Of a DNA stretch of 64,000 nt, positions 9,740 through 19,378 are shown piece by piece (positions within the stretch are counted from its first letter, which is position 1; every line of letters starts with the position of its first letter). A model generated the notes under the pieces. It had not been told where the DNA came from and did not search any database. It worked only from the letters and a program-made list of their open reading frames with translations. The translations under genes were made by a program, and so were the position numbers. The stretch is from contig OZ243913.1 of assembly GCA_965213705.1 (NCBI GenBank), positions 288,001 through 352,000 of the forward strand. The letters run 5' to 3'. Source of the DNA: Trueperaceae bacterium (GTDB taxonomy: Bacteria; Deinococcota; Deinococci; Deinococcales; Trueperaceae).

Positions 9740-11034
9740 GCGCCATACCTCTCGAGCAACATAGCGTGTCCCAAACCGCCCGCGGCGCAGGCCGTGACGA
9801 GGGCGTAGCGCCCGTCCTCCGCGTGCAGGCGGTGCGCCGCCGTGGTGACGAGCCGCGCGCCCGTCGCGCCGAACGGGTGCCCGAGCGACAGAGAGCCGCC
9901 CCAGGTGTTGACCTTGTCCATGTTTACGTCGGCCACCCTCGAGTCTCGCCCCAACTTGTCCCGCGCAAACGCGTCGCTCTCCCAGGCTTTCAGCACGGCC
10001 AGGACTTGCCCGGCAAACGCCTCGTGAATCTCAATCACGTCCAGGTCACCAAAACTCAAACCCGCACGCTCCAGCACTTTCGGCGTCGCATAGGCCGGGC
10101 CGAGGAGGAGTTCGTCGCCGGGGTCTTGCGCGACGAAGACGAAGTCGCGTAGGTAAGCTTTCGGCGTGTAGCCCAGCGCCAAGGCTTTTTCTTCGGTCAT
10201 GAGGAGCGTCGCCGCCGCGCCGTCGGTCAAGGGCGAGGCGTTGCCCGCCGTGACCGTGCCGAACGGTTTGACGAAGACCGGCTCGAGCTTACCCAACGCC
10301 GCCATGCTGCTGTCCTCGCGGAAGGTGTTGTCTTGGGTCAGCGCCTTGAAAGCGGGCGGGACGGTTGCAGGGAAGATTTCGGGCTCGAGCTTGCCCTCGT
10401 GTGTCGCTTGCGCGGCAAGCTGGTGGCTGCGGAGCGCGTATTCGTCTTGTTCTTCACGTGACACGCCGAAGGCGGCGGCGAGCTTGTCGGCGCTTTTGCC
10501 CATCGTCTCTTCAGTCGTGAACTCGGCGATGGCCGGGGCTTGCGGGAGCATGTCGGCCGCGGCCAAGCCCTGCACGAACTTGCGGTACTCGAGCGGGTTT
10601 TTGTACTTGCGCGCCTCGAAAAACTTTTGGCGCACCTCTTTTTTGAAGCCGATGGGCACGTCGCTCAGCACTTCGACGCCGCCCGCGATTGCCACCTCGG
10701 CTTGCCCGGTTTGAAGCATACTCACCGCGTCGGCGATGGCCCGGTTGGACGAAATGCAGGCCATCGTCACGGTGTAGGCCGGGACGGTGTTGGGAAAGCC
10801 CGCCCCGAGCGCCGCGTCCCGCGCGACGTTGCTGGTGGCGGGGTTCTGGACGACGGTGCCCATGACAACCGCGTCGACCTGTGCGGGCTCGAGCGCGTTC
10901 CTCACCAAAACCCCCTTGAGGACTTCTCGAGCGAGGTCGTAAGAAACCTGGTCGAAATACTCGCTGCCCGAACGCATAAAGGGCAAACGGCAGCCGTCGA
11001 CCAGGACGACGGATTTTGGACTCGGTTCAGTCAT
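9736..11034 (-). CDS. fadI: 3-ketoacyl-CoA thiolase (trifunctional enzyme beta type)
   Basis: TVTMACISSN, HEAFAGQ, GGSLSLGHPFGATG and CAAGG; ATGA-coupled to fadJ. Confidence 0.9.
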   Translation of the reverse strand: MTEPSPKSVVLVDGCRLPFMRSGSEYFDQVSYDLAREVLKGVLVRNALEPAQVDAVVMGTVVQNPATSNVARDAALGAGFPNTVPAYTVTMACISSNRAIADAVSMLQTGQAEVAIAGGVEVLSDVPIGFKKEVRQKFFEARKYKNPLEYRKFVQGLAAADMLPQAPAIAEFTTEETMGKSADKLAAAFGVSREEQDEYALRSHQLAAQATHEGKLEPEIFPATVPPAFKALTQDNTFREDSSMAALGKLEPVFVKPFGTVTAGNASPLTDGAAATLLMTEEKALALGYTPKAYLRDFVFVAQDPGDELLLGPAYATPKVLERAGLSFGDLDVIEIHEAFAGQVLAVLKAWESDAFARDKLGRDSRVADVNMDKVNTWGGSLSLGHPFGATGARLVTTAAHRLHAEDGRYALVTACAAGGLGHAMLLERYGA

Positions 11035-11172
11035 TTTTACAGTTTACACCGTGGCCGAGCGCGTCTAGGGCTCTCGAAACGCGGCGGCAAGTGCGAGAGG
11101 GGGCGCAGTCGCTTTCCGGGATGGTTGGGTATGGTGAGTAAAGATACCCTTACGGAGGTAAAACCAGTGGAC

Positions 11173-12012
11173 ATGAATTCAAAAAACCCAGCGGTCAGAA
11201 AAGACGTGACCATCAAAGGTGTGAGCGTCCCCGCGCTCGGGCTCGGCACCTGGGACCTGCGGGGCGAGGAATGCGTGACGGGCGTGCAACACGCGCTCAC
11301 CGTCGGTTATAGGCACATAGACACGGCCCAAGGTTACGAAAACGAGGCGGAAGTAGGCCGGGGTATGAAGGCGTCGGGCATAGCTCGAGACGAAATTTTT
11401 GTGACGACGAAGGTCAAGCCGGAGAATTTTGCTCGAGACAAGGTGCTGAGTTCGACGCGCGAGAGCCTGCAAAAACTCGGTGCCGACTACGTGGACTTGC
11501 TCCTGCTGCACTGGCCGAACCCGGAGGTGAGTTTGGAAGAGACGTTTGCGGCGTTGCTCGAGCTGCACGACGCAGGCGCTGCCAAACACCTCGGCGTGAG
11601 CAACTTTCCGCCCTCGCTGGTCGAAGAGGCGATGCAGTACGGCCCCGTGTTTTGCAACCAGGTGGAGTATCACCCTTACCTGTCGCAGGACAAACTCTTG
11701 GCCCAGGCCGAACAAGCTGACTACCTGCTCACCGCCTACAGTCCGCTGGCGCAGGGCCAGGTGCTGGACGACGCCGTCCTCAAGGCTATCGGTGTTCGCC
11801 ACGACAAAAGCGTCGCCCAGGTTGTGCTGCGCTGGCTGCTGCAACAAGGCCATGTCGCCGCCATTCCCAAAGCCGCTACGGAAGAGCACCGCGAGGCCAA
11901 CTTCGACGTGTTCGACTTCGAACTGAGCGACGACGAGATGGAAGCCGTCTTCGACCTCGGCCGGGACGAACGGCTGGTCGACCCCGAGGACGGGCCGGAC
12001 TGGGAGCGCTAA
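11173..12012 (+). CDS. Aldo/keto reductase (DkgB-like)
   Basis: LGLGTW, GYRHIDTAQGY, LLLHWP, GVSNF and AIPKA. RBS GGAGG at 11154; the start could instead be GTG 11167. Confidence 0.92.
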   Translation: MNSKNPAVRKDVTIKGVSVPALGLGTWDLRGEECVTGVQHALTVGYRHIDTAQGYENEAEVGRGMKASGIARDEIFVTTKVKPENFARDKVLSSTRESLQKLGADYVDLLLLHWPNPEVSLEETFAALLELHDAGAAKHLGVSNFPPSLVEEAMQYGPVFCNQVEYHPYLSQDKLLAQAEQADYLLTAYSPLAQGQVLDDAVLKAIGVRHDKSVAQVVLRWLLQQGHVAAIPKAATEEHREANFDVFDFELSDDEMEAVFDLGRDERLVDPEDGPDWER

Positions 12013-12074
12013 TTTGCCGAGGGCAAAACAGAGGGGTCACGTCCTACAAGCGTGACCCTTTGGAAAGCTCGAGC

Positions 12075-13466
12075 CTACCCCGGCTGCAACGCTTCCGGCT
12101 TCACCTGCCCGAGTTTCTCGAGCAACATCGCGTAACCTTTTTGCCCCCGCTCGAAACTGCTGAGCCGGAAAAACTCGTTCGGCGCGTGCGCCTTTTCATC
12201 ACGCAGCCCGAAAGCGAAGTTCACCGTGTACACGCCCAGCGTGTCCAGGATGATGCTGCAAAAGGGAATGCTCCCGCCGCTGCGGACGTAGAGCGGTGTT
12301 TTGTCGTAAAGCGCCACGTGAACCTGTTTCGCCACCTCGTTGCCGGGATGGTTTGCGGGCATGAGGTAGGGCTTGGACGAGCTTTCGGGCTCGAACACGT
12401 TTATGGTGACGCCGGGCAGGGTGTTTTTTTCGACGTGCGCCTTGATGAGTTTGACGATGTTTTTCGGGTCCTGGTCGGCGACGAGTCGGCAGGTAAGTTT
12501 GGCGTGGGCCTCGTTGGGCAGCACCGTTTTGACGCCGTCACCTTGAAATCCGCCCCAAATGCCGTTGACTTCCAGCGTCGGCCGCGCCCAGGAGCGCTCC
12601 AAGGTGCTGTAGCCGGGTTCGCCGAACACGTCCGGCACGCCTAAGTCTTTTTTGTAGGTTTCCTCATCGAAGCCCACCGCCGCGATGTGTTCGCGGTCTT
12701 CATCGGTCAGGGGACGCACTGAACCGTAAAAACCTTCGACCAGAATTTTGCCGTCTGCAGAGCGCATCGAGTCGAGCAGGTGAACGAGCGCGTGAACCGG
12801 GTTTTGCACCGCGCCGCCGTAAGAGCCCGAGTGCAGGTCGGTGTTCGCACCCTGCACGTCGATTTGCAGGGCGCACAAACCCTTGAGGCCGACGAGCAGC
12901 GCGGGTTGGTCCTCTTCCCACTGGCCGCCGTCGCTGCTTACGACGAGGTCGCACTCGAGCAACGCCTTATTTTCAGCGATAAACGCGGGCAACTGCGGGC
13001 TGCCGATTTCCTCTTGCCCCTCGAACAAAAACTTGACGTTAACGGGCAACGCGCCCGAGGTCTGCAGCAGCGACTCGACCGCCAGAATCGGCGTGAGCAT
13101 GTTGCCCTTGTCGTCGGTCGCGCCGCGCGCCACGACGCGCTCGTTTTCAATCACCGGCGTGAACGGCGGGCTGTCCCACAGCTCAAGCGGGTCGACCGGC
13201 TGCGTGTCGAAGTGGCCGTAAATAAGGACGGTCGGTTTGCCGGGCGTGTTCAACCAGTCGCCGTAGACGACCGGGTGCCCGCCGGTGGGCATGACTTTGA
13301 CGTTCTCAACGCCCGCCTCTTGCAACCGACTCGCCACCCACGCGGCAGCCTTTTCGACGTCGGGCAGGTTTGCGGGCAGGCTCGAGATGCTGGGGATTTT
13401 TAAGAAGTCTAGCAATTCTTCAGTAAAGCGGGATTTGTGCTCGGTCTGGTAAGTTTGCCAGTTCAT
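12075..13466 (-). CDS. M20 family dipeptidase
   Basis: YGHFDTQP, RGATDDKG, EGQEEIGS, DLHSG and HAPNE; the ATG overlaps the upstream stop codon. Confidence 0.92.
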   Translation of the reverse strand: MNWQTYQTEHKSRFTEELLDFLKIPSISSLPANLPDVEKAAAWVASRLQEAGVENVKVMPTGGHPVVYGDWLNTPGKPTVLIYGHFDTQPVDPLELWDSPPFTPVIENERVVARGATDDKGNMLTPILAVESLLQTSGALPVNVKFLFEGQEEIGSPQLPAFIAENKALLECDLVVSSDGGQWEEDQPALLVGLKGLCALQIDVQGANTDLHSGSYGGAVQNPVHALVHLLDSMRSADGKILVEGFYGSVRPLTDEDREHIAAVGFDEETYKKDLGVPDVFGEPGYSTLERSWARPTLEVNGIWGGFQGDGVKTVLPNEAHAKLTCRLVADQDPKNIVKLIKAHVEKNTLPGVTINVFEPESSSKPYLMPANHPGNEVAKQVHVALYDKTPLYVRSGGSIPFCSIILDTLGVYTVNFAFGLRDEKAHAPNEFFRLSSFERGQKGYAMLLEKLGQVKPEALQPG

Positions 13467-14005
13467 GCGGTCTGCCTCCTTGGTAAGTCGTAGTGTCCGA
13501 TAATACGTTCTGCAACCTGTTCGGGCGGCACGGTGGTGTCGACGGTTAAACTTGCTCGACCCGGAACCTCTGAAAAAAGGTCGTGGCGCTCGAGTAAGTC
13601 CTCTAAAACCTCCACCGACGCGACCTTGTGCCGAGCGGCTCGAGCCTCGGTCGCAACGCGGTTTTTGAGTTCGGCTTCGGCACAGTGCAGGCGCACGAAA
13701 CAAACCTCGCCCCCGTTGAGTTCGACCACGGCGACGAGGTCGGCAAGCTCCATGTTGTCTCCGGGACTCACGTAAACGACGGTAAAAATGAGGTCCAAAC
13801 CCGCCTTGACAGCTTCTTCAATGACCATTCTGCGCAAACTCCCCACGATGCGGCCGAAGGGCGGCGTGCCGAACTCAAAGTAGGGTAGAACGGCGTTGAT
13901 GCTCACGTGGTTGTCGAACAGTTTGAAGCCGGTTCGTTTTTCAAGTTCCCGCGCGACCGTGAGCTTGCCGACGGCGGGCGGGCCGTAGAGGAAGACGAGT
14001 TTCAT
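13463..14005 (-). CDS. P-loop kinase / AAA_33-like nucleotide kinase
   Basis: Walker A in MKLVFLYGPPAVGKLT, followed by FDNH. Confidence 0.8.
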   Translation of the reverse strand: MKLVFLYGPPAVGKLTVARELEKRTGFKLFDNHVSINAVLPYFEFGTPPFGRIVGSLRRMVIEEAVKAGLDLIFTVVYVSPGDNMELADLVAVVELNGGEVCFVRLHCAEAELKNRVATEARAARHKVASVEVLEDLLERHDLFSEVPGRASLTVDTTVPPEQVAERIIGHYDLPRRQTA

Positions 14006-14069
14006 ACGGACTCGAGTGTAACCCGCCACCGCAAGCGGCATCAGCCCGTCCGGCTGTTAAACTACAAGC

Positions 14070-14279
14070 ATGGTCGTGTAAAAACCTAACACCATGCTCG
14101 GCAAACCCGTAATAGACGGCACGCGCATCACGGTCGAGAGCATCTTGGAGAAACTCTCAATGGGGTTCAGTCGTGAGGACGTTCTCGAGGCTTACCCTCG
14201 CCTGAGTGAGCAAGATATTCACGACGCGCTGGCCTTTGCCACTCGAGCTTCGAGGGCGACTGCCGAGTGTAAACCCTAA
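14070..14279 (+). pseudogene. DUF433 antitoxin-like gene with an early in-frame stop; no partner toxin
   Basis: Reads MVV*KPNTMLGKPVIDGTRITVESILEKL...YPRLSEQDIHDAL, with TAA at 14079-14081. A shorter product from ATG 14094 is possible. Confidence 0.65.
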
Positions 14280-14328
14280 CTGTTTTAGAACTCCGTGGGC
14301 CAACCGGTTTCAACAGGTAAACTTTGGC

Positions 14329-15069
14329 GTGCACCCCGCCCTCCGCGCCACCGACCACCGCCCCTACCCACTGCCCACACAACCCTGGGCGCTGCAAATG
14401 ACCTGGCGCGACCTCTTGTTTATGCACTGGCCCGTCCCGGCGGCGGCCTTGCAACCCCTCATCCCTAACGCTTTGACCTTGGACACTTTTGACGGCAGCG
14501 CCTGGCTCGGCGTGGTGCCGTTCGAGATGAGAAACGTCCACCCGCGCTACACCTTCAGCGTGCCGGGCGTGTCGAACTTTCCCGAACTCAACCTGCGGAC
14601 TTACGTCAGCGCAGGAGGCAAGGCGGGCGTGTGGTTTTTCAGCCTCGAGGCGGGCAACCCTGTCGCGGTGCAGTTGGCGCGGACCGGCTTTCATCTCCCC
14701 TACTTCAACGCCGCGATGGGCTGTGCCGACATTGGCGGAACGATTTACTACCAGAGCAAGCGAACCCACCGCAACGCGCCCGCAGCGGAATTTGTGGCGG
14801 CGTACCGGCCGGTCGGCAAAGTGAACTGGAGTCCGAACACCCTCGAGCTTTTCCTCACCGAGCGCTACTGTCTCTACAGCGCGGACGCGAAAGGCCGGGT
14901 TTACCGCGGCGAGATTCATCACCGCCCCTGGCCGCTGCAGAAGGCCGAGGCCGAGGTGCAGGTCAACCGCATGACGGGGCAAATCGGCGTGACCCTGCCC
15001 GGCACCGAACCCGTGCTGCATTTTTCGAGGGCGCTCGAGGTCGTGGCCTGGTTGCCGCAGGCACTTTGA
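14329..15069 (+). CDS. YqjF / DUF2071 family protein
   Basis: WRDLLFMHWPV, FPELNLRTYV, GVWFFSLEA and FLTERY. Confidence 0.88.
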   Translation: MHPALRATDHRPYPLPTQPWALQMTWRDLLFMHWPVPAAALQPLIPNALTLDTFDGSAWLGVVPFEMRNVHPRYTFSVPGVSNFPELNLRTYVSAGGKAGVWFFSLEAGNPVAVQLARTGFHLPYFNAAMGCADIGGTIYYQSKRTHRNAPAAEFVAAYRPVGKVNWSPNTLELFLTERYCLYSADAKGRVYRGEIHHRPWPLQKAEAEVQVNRMTGQIGVTLPGTEPVLHFSRALEVVAWLPQAL

Positions 15070-15121
15070 ACGTACAGCTGCACCTTTCAAAGGATGTCTG
15101 CAAGCGTTAAGCTTTCCCCTT

Positions 15122-15943
15122 ATGGACATCATCAAAGCCCTGCTGCGCCGCTTGAGTTGGTCACTCGTTTTGTACTGGGGCCTGTTGTTCGGCCTGCTGT
15201 GGATGCTCACCGAACTCGCCGACGTGGTTTACGACAAGGGCGGCTTCTTTTTCGACGAGCCCGTGCTAGACTGGTTTTACGGCCTTATCAACCCGACGCT
15301 GACGAGTCTGGCGCTGTTTGCAAGCACGGTTGGCGGGGTCGAAATCATGATCGGGCTGGCGGTGCTGGTCTTCATCTTCTTGTGGCGCGTGTCGCACCGC
15401 GAGGCGGTGTTTTTCGGCTTCAGCATGGGCGGCGCGTCGCTCATCATGGTGGTGACCAAGCTCGTGCTGAGCCGACCCCGGCCCGAGCTGTTTCCCGACG
15501 TGCAGTTTTGGCAAACCGCCTCGCCCTCGTTCCCGAGCGGGCACGCGACCGGCAGCATGGCGTTTTTTTTGAGCGTCTACCTCGTCGTGTCGCGCTTGGC
15601 ACCCCGTTGGCGCGGTCTGGCAGCCGTCGCCGGCGTGGTGATGGTGGCCTGGATAAGCGCCTCGAGACTCTATTTACAAGTCCACTACCCGTCCGACATC
15701 TTAGCTGGCTTGGCGCTCAGCACGACCTGGGTGCTCGGCGTGAACGCGTTTTATAAGTATCACACTCGAGACCGCACGCACCGCACCGTTTTACTCACGC
15801 TGCCCGCCGAAATTGTCGACGCCTACCGCGAAGAGGCGTTTGCAAAAGGTTTGGACGAGGGCGAGGTCGTCGCGCGCGCGTTGCAAAACCACTACCCGCA
15901 AGCGCAAATGACCTCGACCGGCAAGCTTGAAAAATCCGTTTGA
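15122..15943 (+). CDS. PAP2-family phosphatase
   Basis: K...RPRP, SFPSGHA and SRLYLQVHYPSD. Confidence 0.92.
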   Translation: MDIIKALLRRLSWSLVLYWGLLFGLLWMLTELADVVYDKGGFFFDEPVLDWFYGLINPTLTSLALFASTVGGVEIMIGLAVLVFIFLWRVSHREAVFFGFSMGGASLIMVVTKLVLSRPRPELFPDVQFWQTASPSFPSGHATGSMAFFLSVYLVVSRLAPRWRGLAAVAGVVMVAWISASRLYLQVHYPSDILAGLALSTTWVLGVNAFYKYHTRDRTHRTVLLTLPAEIVDAYREEAFAKGLDEGEVVARALQNHYPQAQMTSTGKLEKSV

Positions 15944-15972
15944 CGGTCAAGAGGCTTGTAGCCTGGGTAGTG

Positions 15973-16389
15973 CTAAAGAGGTAATGATTGGTTGTAGTGG
16001 TGAATGAAGGTCCAGATAGCGCCGATGTGATTGTCGAGCTTTTTGGAGAAGGAAAGCGTTTTCCGCACCAACCTGGAGCAGCGTTGCCTGAGCGTGTTGT
16101 TGAAGCGCTCTGTGTGGTTGGTTTGCCCCGAATCTTTGCCGACCTGATGCAGCTTGTCAGCATAGAAAATCGCTTCGTAGGCGTGCCAGAAGTCGGTGTA
16201 GGTGTCTGCGTCCAGGTAACACTCGGGCAAACTCTGCCACAAACGAACAGCACCGTCCTCGTCCCGTGAACCGACGTAGCAACCGACGATTTCGCGTGTC
16301 GCTCGGTCCATTGCCAACCACACCCACTGTTTGTTTTGCTTGCTGTCGACAAATGACCATAGTTCGTCACATTCGATGACTAGAGCCCT
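15973..16389 (-). CDS. insB: IS1 InsB DDE transposase domain (-1 frame relative to insA)
   Basis: IECDELWSFV...WVWLAMDR...YTDFW...ERFNNTLRQRCSRLVRKTLSFSK. Confidence 0.9.
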   Translation of the reverse strand, partial: RALVIECDELWSFVDSKQNKQWVWLAMDRATREIVGCYVGSRDEDGAVRLWQSLPECYLDADTYTDFWHAYEAIFYADKLHQVGKDSGQTNHTERFNNTLRQRCSRLVRKTLSFSKKLDNHIGAIWTFIHHYNQSLPL

Positions 16390-16676
16390 TTTTTAGCCTT
16401 GACCTGAACTTGCTTCTCGACAACTTCGTATTTCTCGTTGACGTAAGCTTGCAACCATGTCTCAGAAACGTCTTCAACACGCGCAATGCCTGCTAAAGAA
16501 AGTTTCTCCAAAAGCAGTTTGTCGATACGCGCTTTGGTTTCTTCGCTGATGGTTTTGTTCGTTGGGTTCAAGACAAACTGTCTGCCACAGTCTTTACACA
16601 GGTAACGCTGCTTGCCGTTGTGGATATGGCCGTTCTTGATGGTTTGTTCGCTCTGACAGTTTGGACATGCGTTCAT
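16380..16676 (-). CDS. insA: IS1 InsA (zinc finger + HTH)
   Basis: CPNC...KNG...GKQRYLCKDC; ends just after an AAAAAAG slippery run at 16394-16388. Confidence 0.9.
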   Translation of the reverse strand: MNACPNCQSEQTIKNGHIHNGKQRYLCKDCGRQFVLNPTNKTISEETKARIDKLLLEKLSLAGIARVEDVSETWLQAYVNEKYEVVEKQVQVKAKKGL

Positions 16677-16783
16677 GCTTTAGCTTAAACCATTACCTGT
16701 GAGGCACTACCGTAGCCTGTAGCTTGTAGAAAACTTTCGGAGAGGAAGTCGGAGGGAAAATTTTTAGACCCTCCGCCTTTTTT

Positions 16784-16816
16784 CTCGGTACTTTTCACTC
16801 GGTACTCGGTACTTTC
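16784..16816. repeat. Intergenic CTCGGTA-unit repeat, copy 1 (others at 37922-37948, 39149-39175 and 55444-55480)
   Basis: Shared core ACTTTTCACTCGGTACTCGGTACTTTC. Confidence 0.8.
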
Positions 16817-18202
16817 TTAGATGTGAATCGCCCGCCCCTCGACCGCCAGCGCCGCCTCTTTGAGCGTTTCGGACAGGGTCGGGTGGGCGTGGACGGTTCG
16901 GGCGATGTCCTCGCTTGACGCACCAAAGGCCATCGCCGCGACCGCCTCGGCGATGAGGTCGCCCGCTCGAGCGCCGATGATGTGGACGCCCAGCACGCGG
17001 TCGGTTGCGGCGTCGGCCAACACCTTGACCTTGCCCTCGGTCATGCCGAGGGCTCGAGCGCGCCCGTTCGCCTGATAGGGAAACACGCCTTTTTTGTACG
17101 CGACGCCCGCCTCTTTCAACTCTTCTTCGCTTTTGCCGACCGTGGCGATTTCGGGCTCGGTGTAGACGATGCCGGGGATGACGCCGTAGTCCACGTGGCC
17201 GTGCCCGGTCTTAATCGTCTCGACGCAGGCGACGCCGTCTTCTTCGGCCTTGTGCGCGAGCATCGGACCCGGAATTACGTCGCCGATGGCGTAGACGCCC
17301 TCGACGCTCGTGCGAAACTGCGCGTCCACCTTTATTCGGCCGCGCTCGTCGGTTTCGACGCCGACGTTTTCTAAGCCCAAACCCTCGGTGTTCGGTTTGC
17401 GTCCCGCCGCGACGAGGACGCGGTCACAGTGAATAGGTTCTTCGCCCTCGATTTCGACGACGCAACCGTCGCCTTCAACCCGCGCCGCCGTCACCTTGGC
17501 ACCGAGCTTGAACTCGAGGCCCTGCTTTTTGAACACCTTGAGCGCGTCCTTGGCGAGTTCGGCGTCCATACCGGGCAAAATCCGGTCGAAGTATTCCAGC
17601 ACCGTCACCTTCGCACCCAAACGCGACCACACTGAGCCGAGTTCCAGCCCGATGTAGCCCCCGCCGATGACGACGAGGTGGCCGGGAACCTCTCCGTAGT
17701 CTATCGCCTCGTTGCTCGTGCCGATGCGGTCACCGTCGAGTTCGACGCCCGGCAGCGTCATCACCTGCGAACCCGTGGCGATGATGGTGTGTTCGGCTTC
17801 CAGTTCCGTGTCCCCGTCTGCGCCGTGGACAACGACCCGGCCGGGCGCGGTGATTTCACCTGTACCCTGGTAGCGCGTGACCTTGTTCTTTTTGAACAGG
17901 TAGGCCACCCCGTCTGTGTTCGACTTGACGACCTTGTCTTTGCGCTCGAGCAGCTTCTGCAAATCCAGCTCGACGCCTGAGACGTTTACGCCGTGCTCTT
18001 TGAAACCGTGCTGCACGTCCGCGTAGCGCTCACTCGACTCTAACAGCGCCTTGCTCGGGATGCAACCCACGCGTACGCAAGTTCCGCCCAACGTTGCCTC
18101 TTTTTCGATGCAAGCCACGTCGAACCCCAGTTGCGCGGCGCGAATCGCGGCGACGTAACCGCCGGGACCCGCGCCGATGATTACCATGTCATGATTTGCC
18201 AT
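16817..18202 (-). CDS. lpdA: Dihydrolipoyl dehydrogenase
   Basis: GAGPGGYVAAIRAAQLG, GGTCVRVGCIPSK and HAHPTLSE. Confidence 0.96.
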   Translation of the reverse strand: MANHDMVIIGAGPGGYVAAIRAAQLGFDVACIEKEATLGGTCVRVGCIPSKALLESSERYADVQHGFKEHGVNVSGVELDLQKLLERKDKVVKSNTDGVAYLFKKNKVTRYQGTGEITAPGRVVVHGADGDTELEAEHTIIATGSQVMTLPGVELDGDRIGTSNEAIDYGEVPGHLVVIGGGYIGLELGSVWSRLGAKVTVLEYFDRILPGMDAELAKDALKVFKKQGLEFKLGAKVTAARVEGDGCVVEIEGEEPIHCDRVLVAAGRKPNTEGLGLENVGVETDERGRIKVDAQFRTSVEGVYAIGDVIPGPMLAHKAEEDGVACVETIKTGHGHVDYGVIPGIVYTEPEIATVGKSEEELKEAGVAYKKGVFPYQANGRARALGMTEGKVKVLADAATDRVLGVHIIGARAGDLIAEAVAAMAFGASSEDIARTVHAHPTLSETLKEAALAVEGRAIHI

Positions 18203-18362
18203 TGGTCTCCTTCAAGTGGGGTCGATGCCCTGTGACCGGGCGTCACCCCTCGAACACGACGAGTCACGAACTAAAGTATAAGGTCTGACAAAAAACACCG
18301 TGTTGCCCCTGAAAAGGTGTTCCTTGGACAGCTCGCCAACCCCCTCGGTTCCTGTGAGCCCC

Positions 18363-19121
18363 TCAAGACCGCAAGTAAGACGCCCCGTTCACGTCGATAA
18401 TCGCGCCGCTGCTGAACACGGCTTCTGCTGAGGCTAAAAACAGCACCGCGTGCGCGACTTCTTCAGGTTTGGCGACGCGGCCGAACGGGCTCTGGTTGCG
18501 CACGTCCTCACCCCTGGGACTTTTCAGCAAGCCCCAGGCCATGTCGGTTTCGACAAACCCCGGTGCCACCACACCCACGCTGATGTTGTAGGGCGCGAGC
18601 TTTTGCGCCAACGACTGGCTCATCGCGTTCAAGCCCGCCTTGCTCGCCCCGTAAGCCGGCGACTCGGGCTCACCCCGAAACGCGCCCCGCGAAGACACAT
18701 TGACGATTTTGCCGCCGCCCTGCCGAATCATAGTTTGGGCCGCGTGGTAGCAGAGGTTGGCTGGGGCGACAAGGTTGACGTCCAAGGTGTGCCGCCAAGC
18801 GGTTTGCCACGCGTCGAAACTCACGCTGTCAACAGGGTGTGCCTCGAAGATGCCGGCGTTGTTCACCAGGATGTCGAGACTCCCCAGACCCGCCACGGTG
18901 CGCTCGACGAGGTCTTTTGTAAAGGTAGGGACGGTAAGGTCACCGGCTATGCGGATGTGCGAATCACCCTTGAGGGAAGCCAAAGTCTCTTCGGCCGCTG
19001 CATGGTTGTCGCGGTAGGACAGGGCGACCCGCGCACCCCTAGCGGCGAAGGCCTGAGCGACGGCGCGGCCAATGCCCCGCGCGCCGCCGGTGACGAGGAT
19101 GTTTTTGCCTTGAAAGTTCAT
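18363..19121 (-). CDS. SDR family oxidoreductase
   Basis: TGGARGIG, NNAG and YGASK. Confidence 0.9.
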   Translation of the reverse strand: MNFQGKNILVTGGARGIGRAVAQAFAARGARVALSYRDNHAAAEETLASLKGDSHIRIAGDLTVPTFTKDLVERTVAGLGSLDILVNNAGIFEAHPVDSVSFDAWQTAWRHTLDVNLVAPANLCYHAAQTMIRQGGGKIVNVSSRGAFRGEPESPAYGASKAGLNAMSQSLAQKLAPYNISVGVVAPGFVETDMAWGLLKSPRGEDVRNQSPFGRVAKPEEVAHAVLFLASAEAVFSSGAIIDVNGASYLRS

Positions 19122-19151
19122 AAGTACCTCATTCACGAAACGCACCTCGGG

Positions 19152-19316
19152 GAGGCTCAAGAGCCCGCCGCAACCCGCCGATTCTAACCCGGCCCAACAA
19201 GAACTGCTTTTGCACGGGCAGTTGCCGAGCGCGAGAGCTGACGCTGGTTTCGAACGCACCGGCACGCGCAGTGACGAGGAAGACTCGCTCGTTCCTTGGC
19301 GGCATCTTGAGGGTTC
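19152..19316. ncRNA. Candidate structured ncRNA (loosely 6S-like)
   Basis: The ends can pair (CTCAAGAgcCCGCC with GGCGGcaTCTTGAG) and there are internal hairpins. The 3' end resembles, from memory, the E. coli 6S terminus. Confidence 0.25.
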
Positions 19317-19378
19317 GGGTCGTCCGGCTGTCAACCTTTTTTAGGGCAGAAGCAAAAACCCGATTTTACCCGTGCAAA

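Larger units (their letters stand above)
15966..16711 (-). mobile_element. Complete IS1-family insertion sequence (746 bp)
   Basis: Imperfect 21-bp terminal inverted repeats GGTAGTGCtaaagAGGTAATG / GGTAGTGCctcacAGGTAATG; 8-bp target duplication GTAGCCTG at 15958-15965 and 16712-16719; insA and insB ORFs. Confidence 0.95.

Noticed and set aside
10540..11166. Long N-terminal extension on the aldo/keto reductase ORF (490 aa)
   Set aside because: It is the antisense shadow of fadI; the RBS and domain start place the real start at 11167 or 11173.
18203..18362. Riboswitch upstream of lpdA
   Set aside because: Only short hairpins are present, with no aptamer consensus I can recognise.
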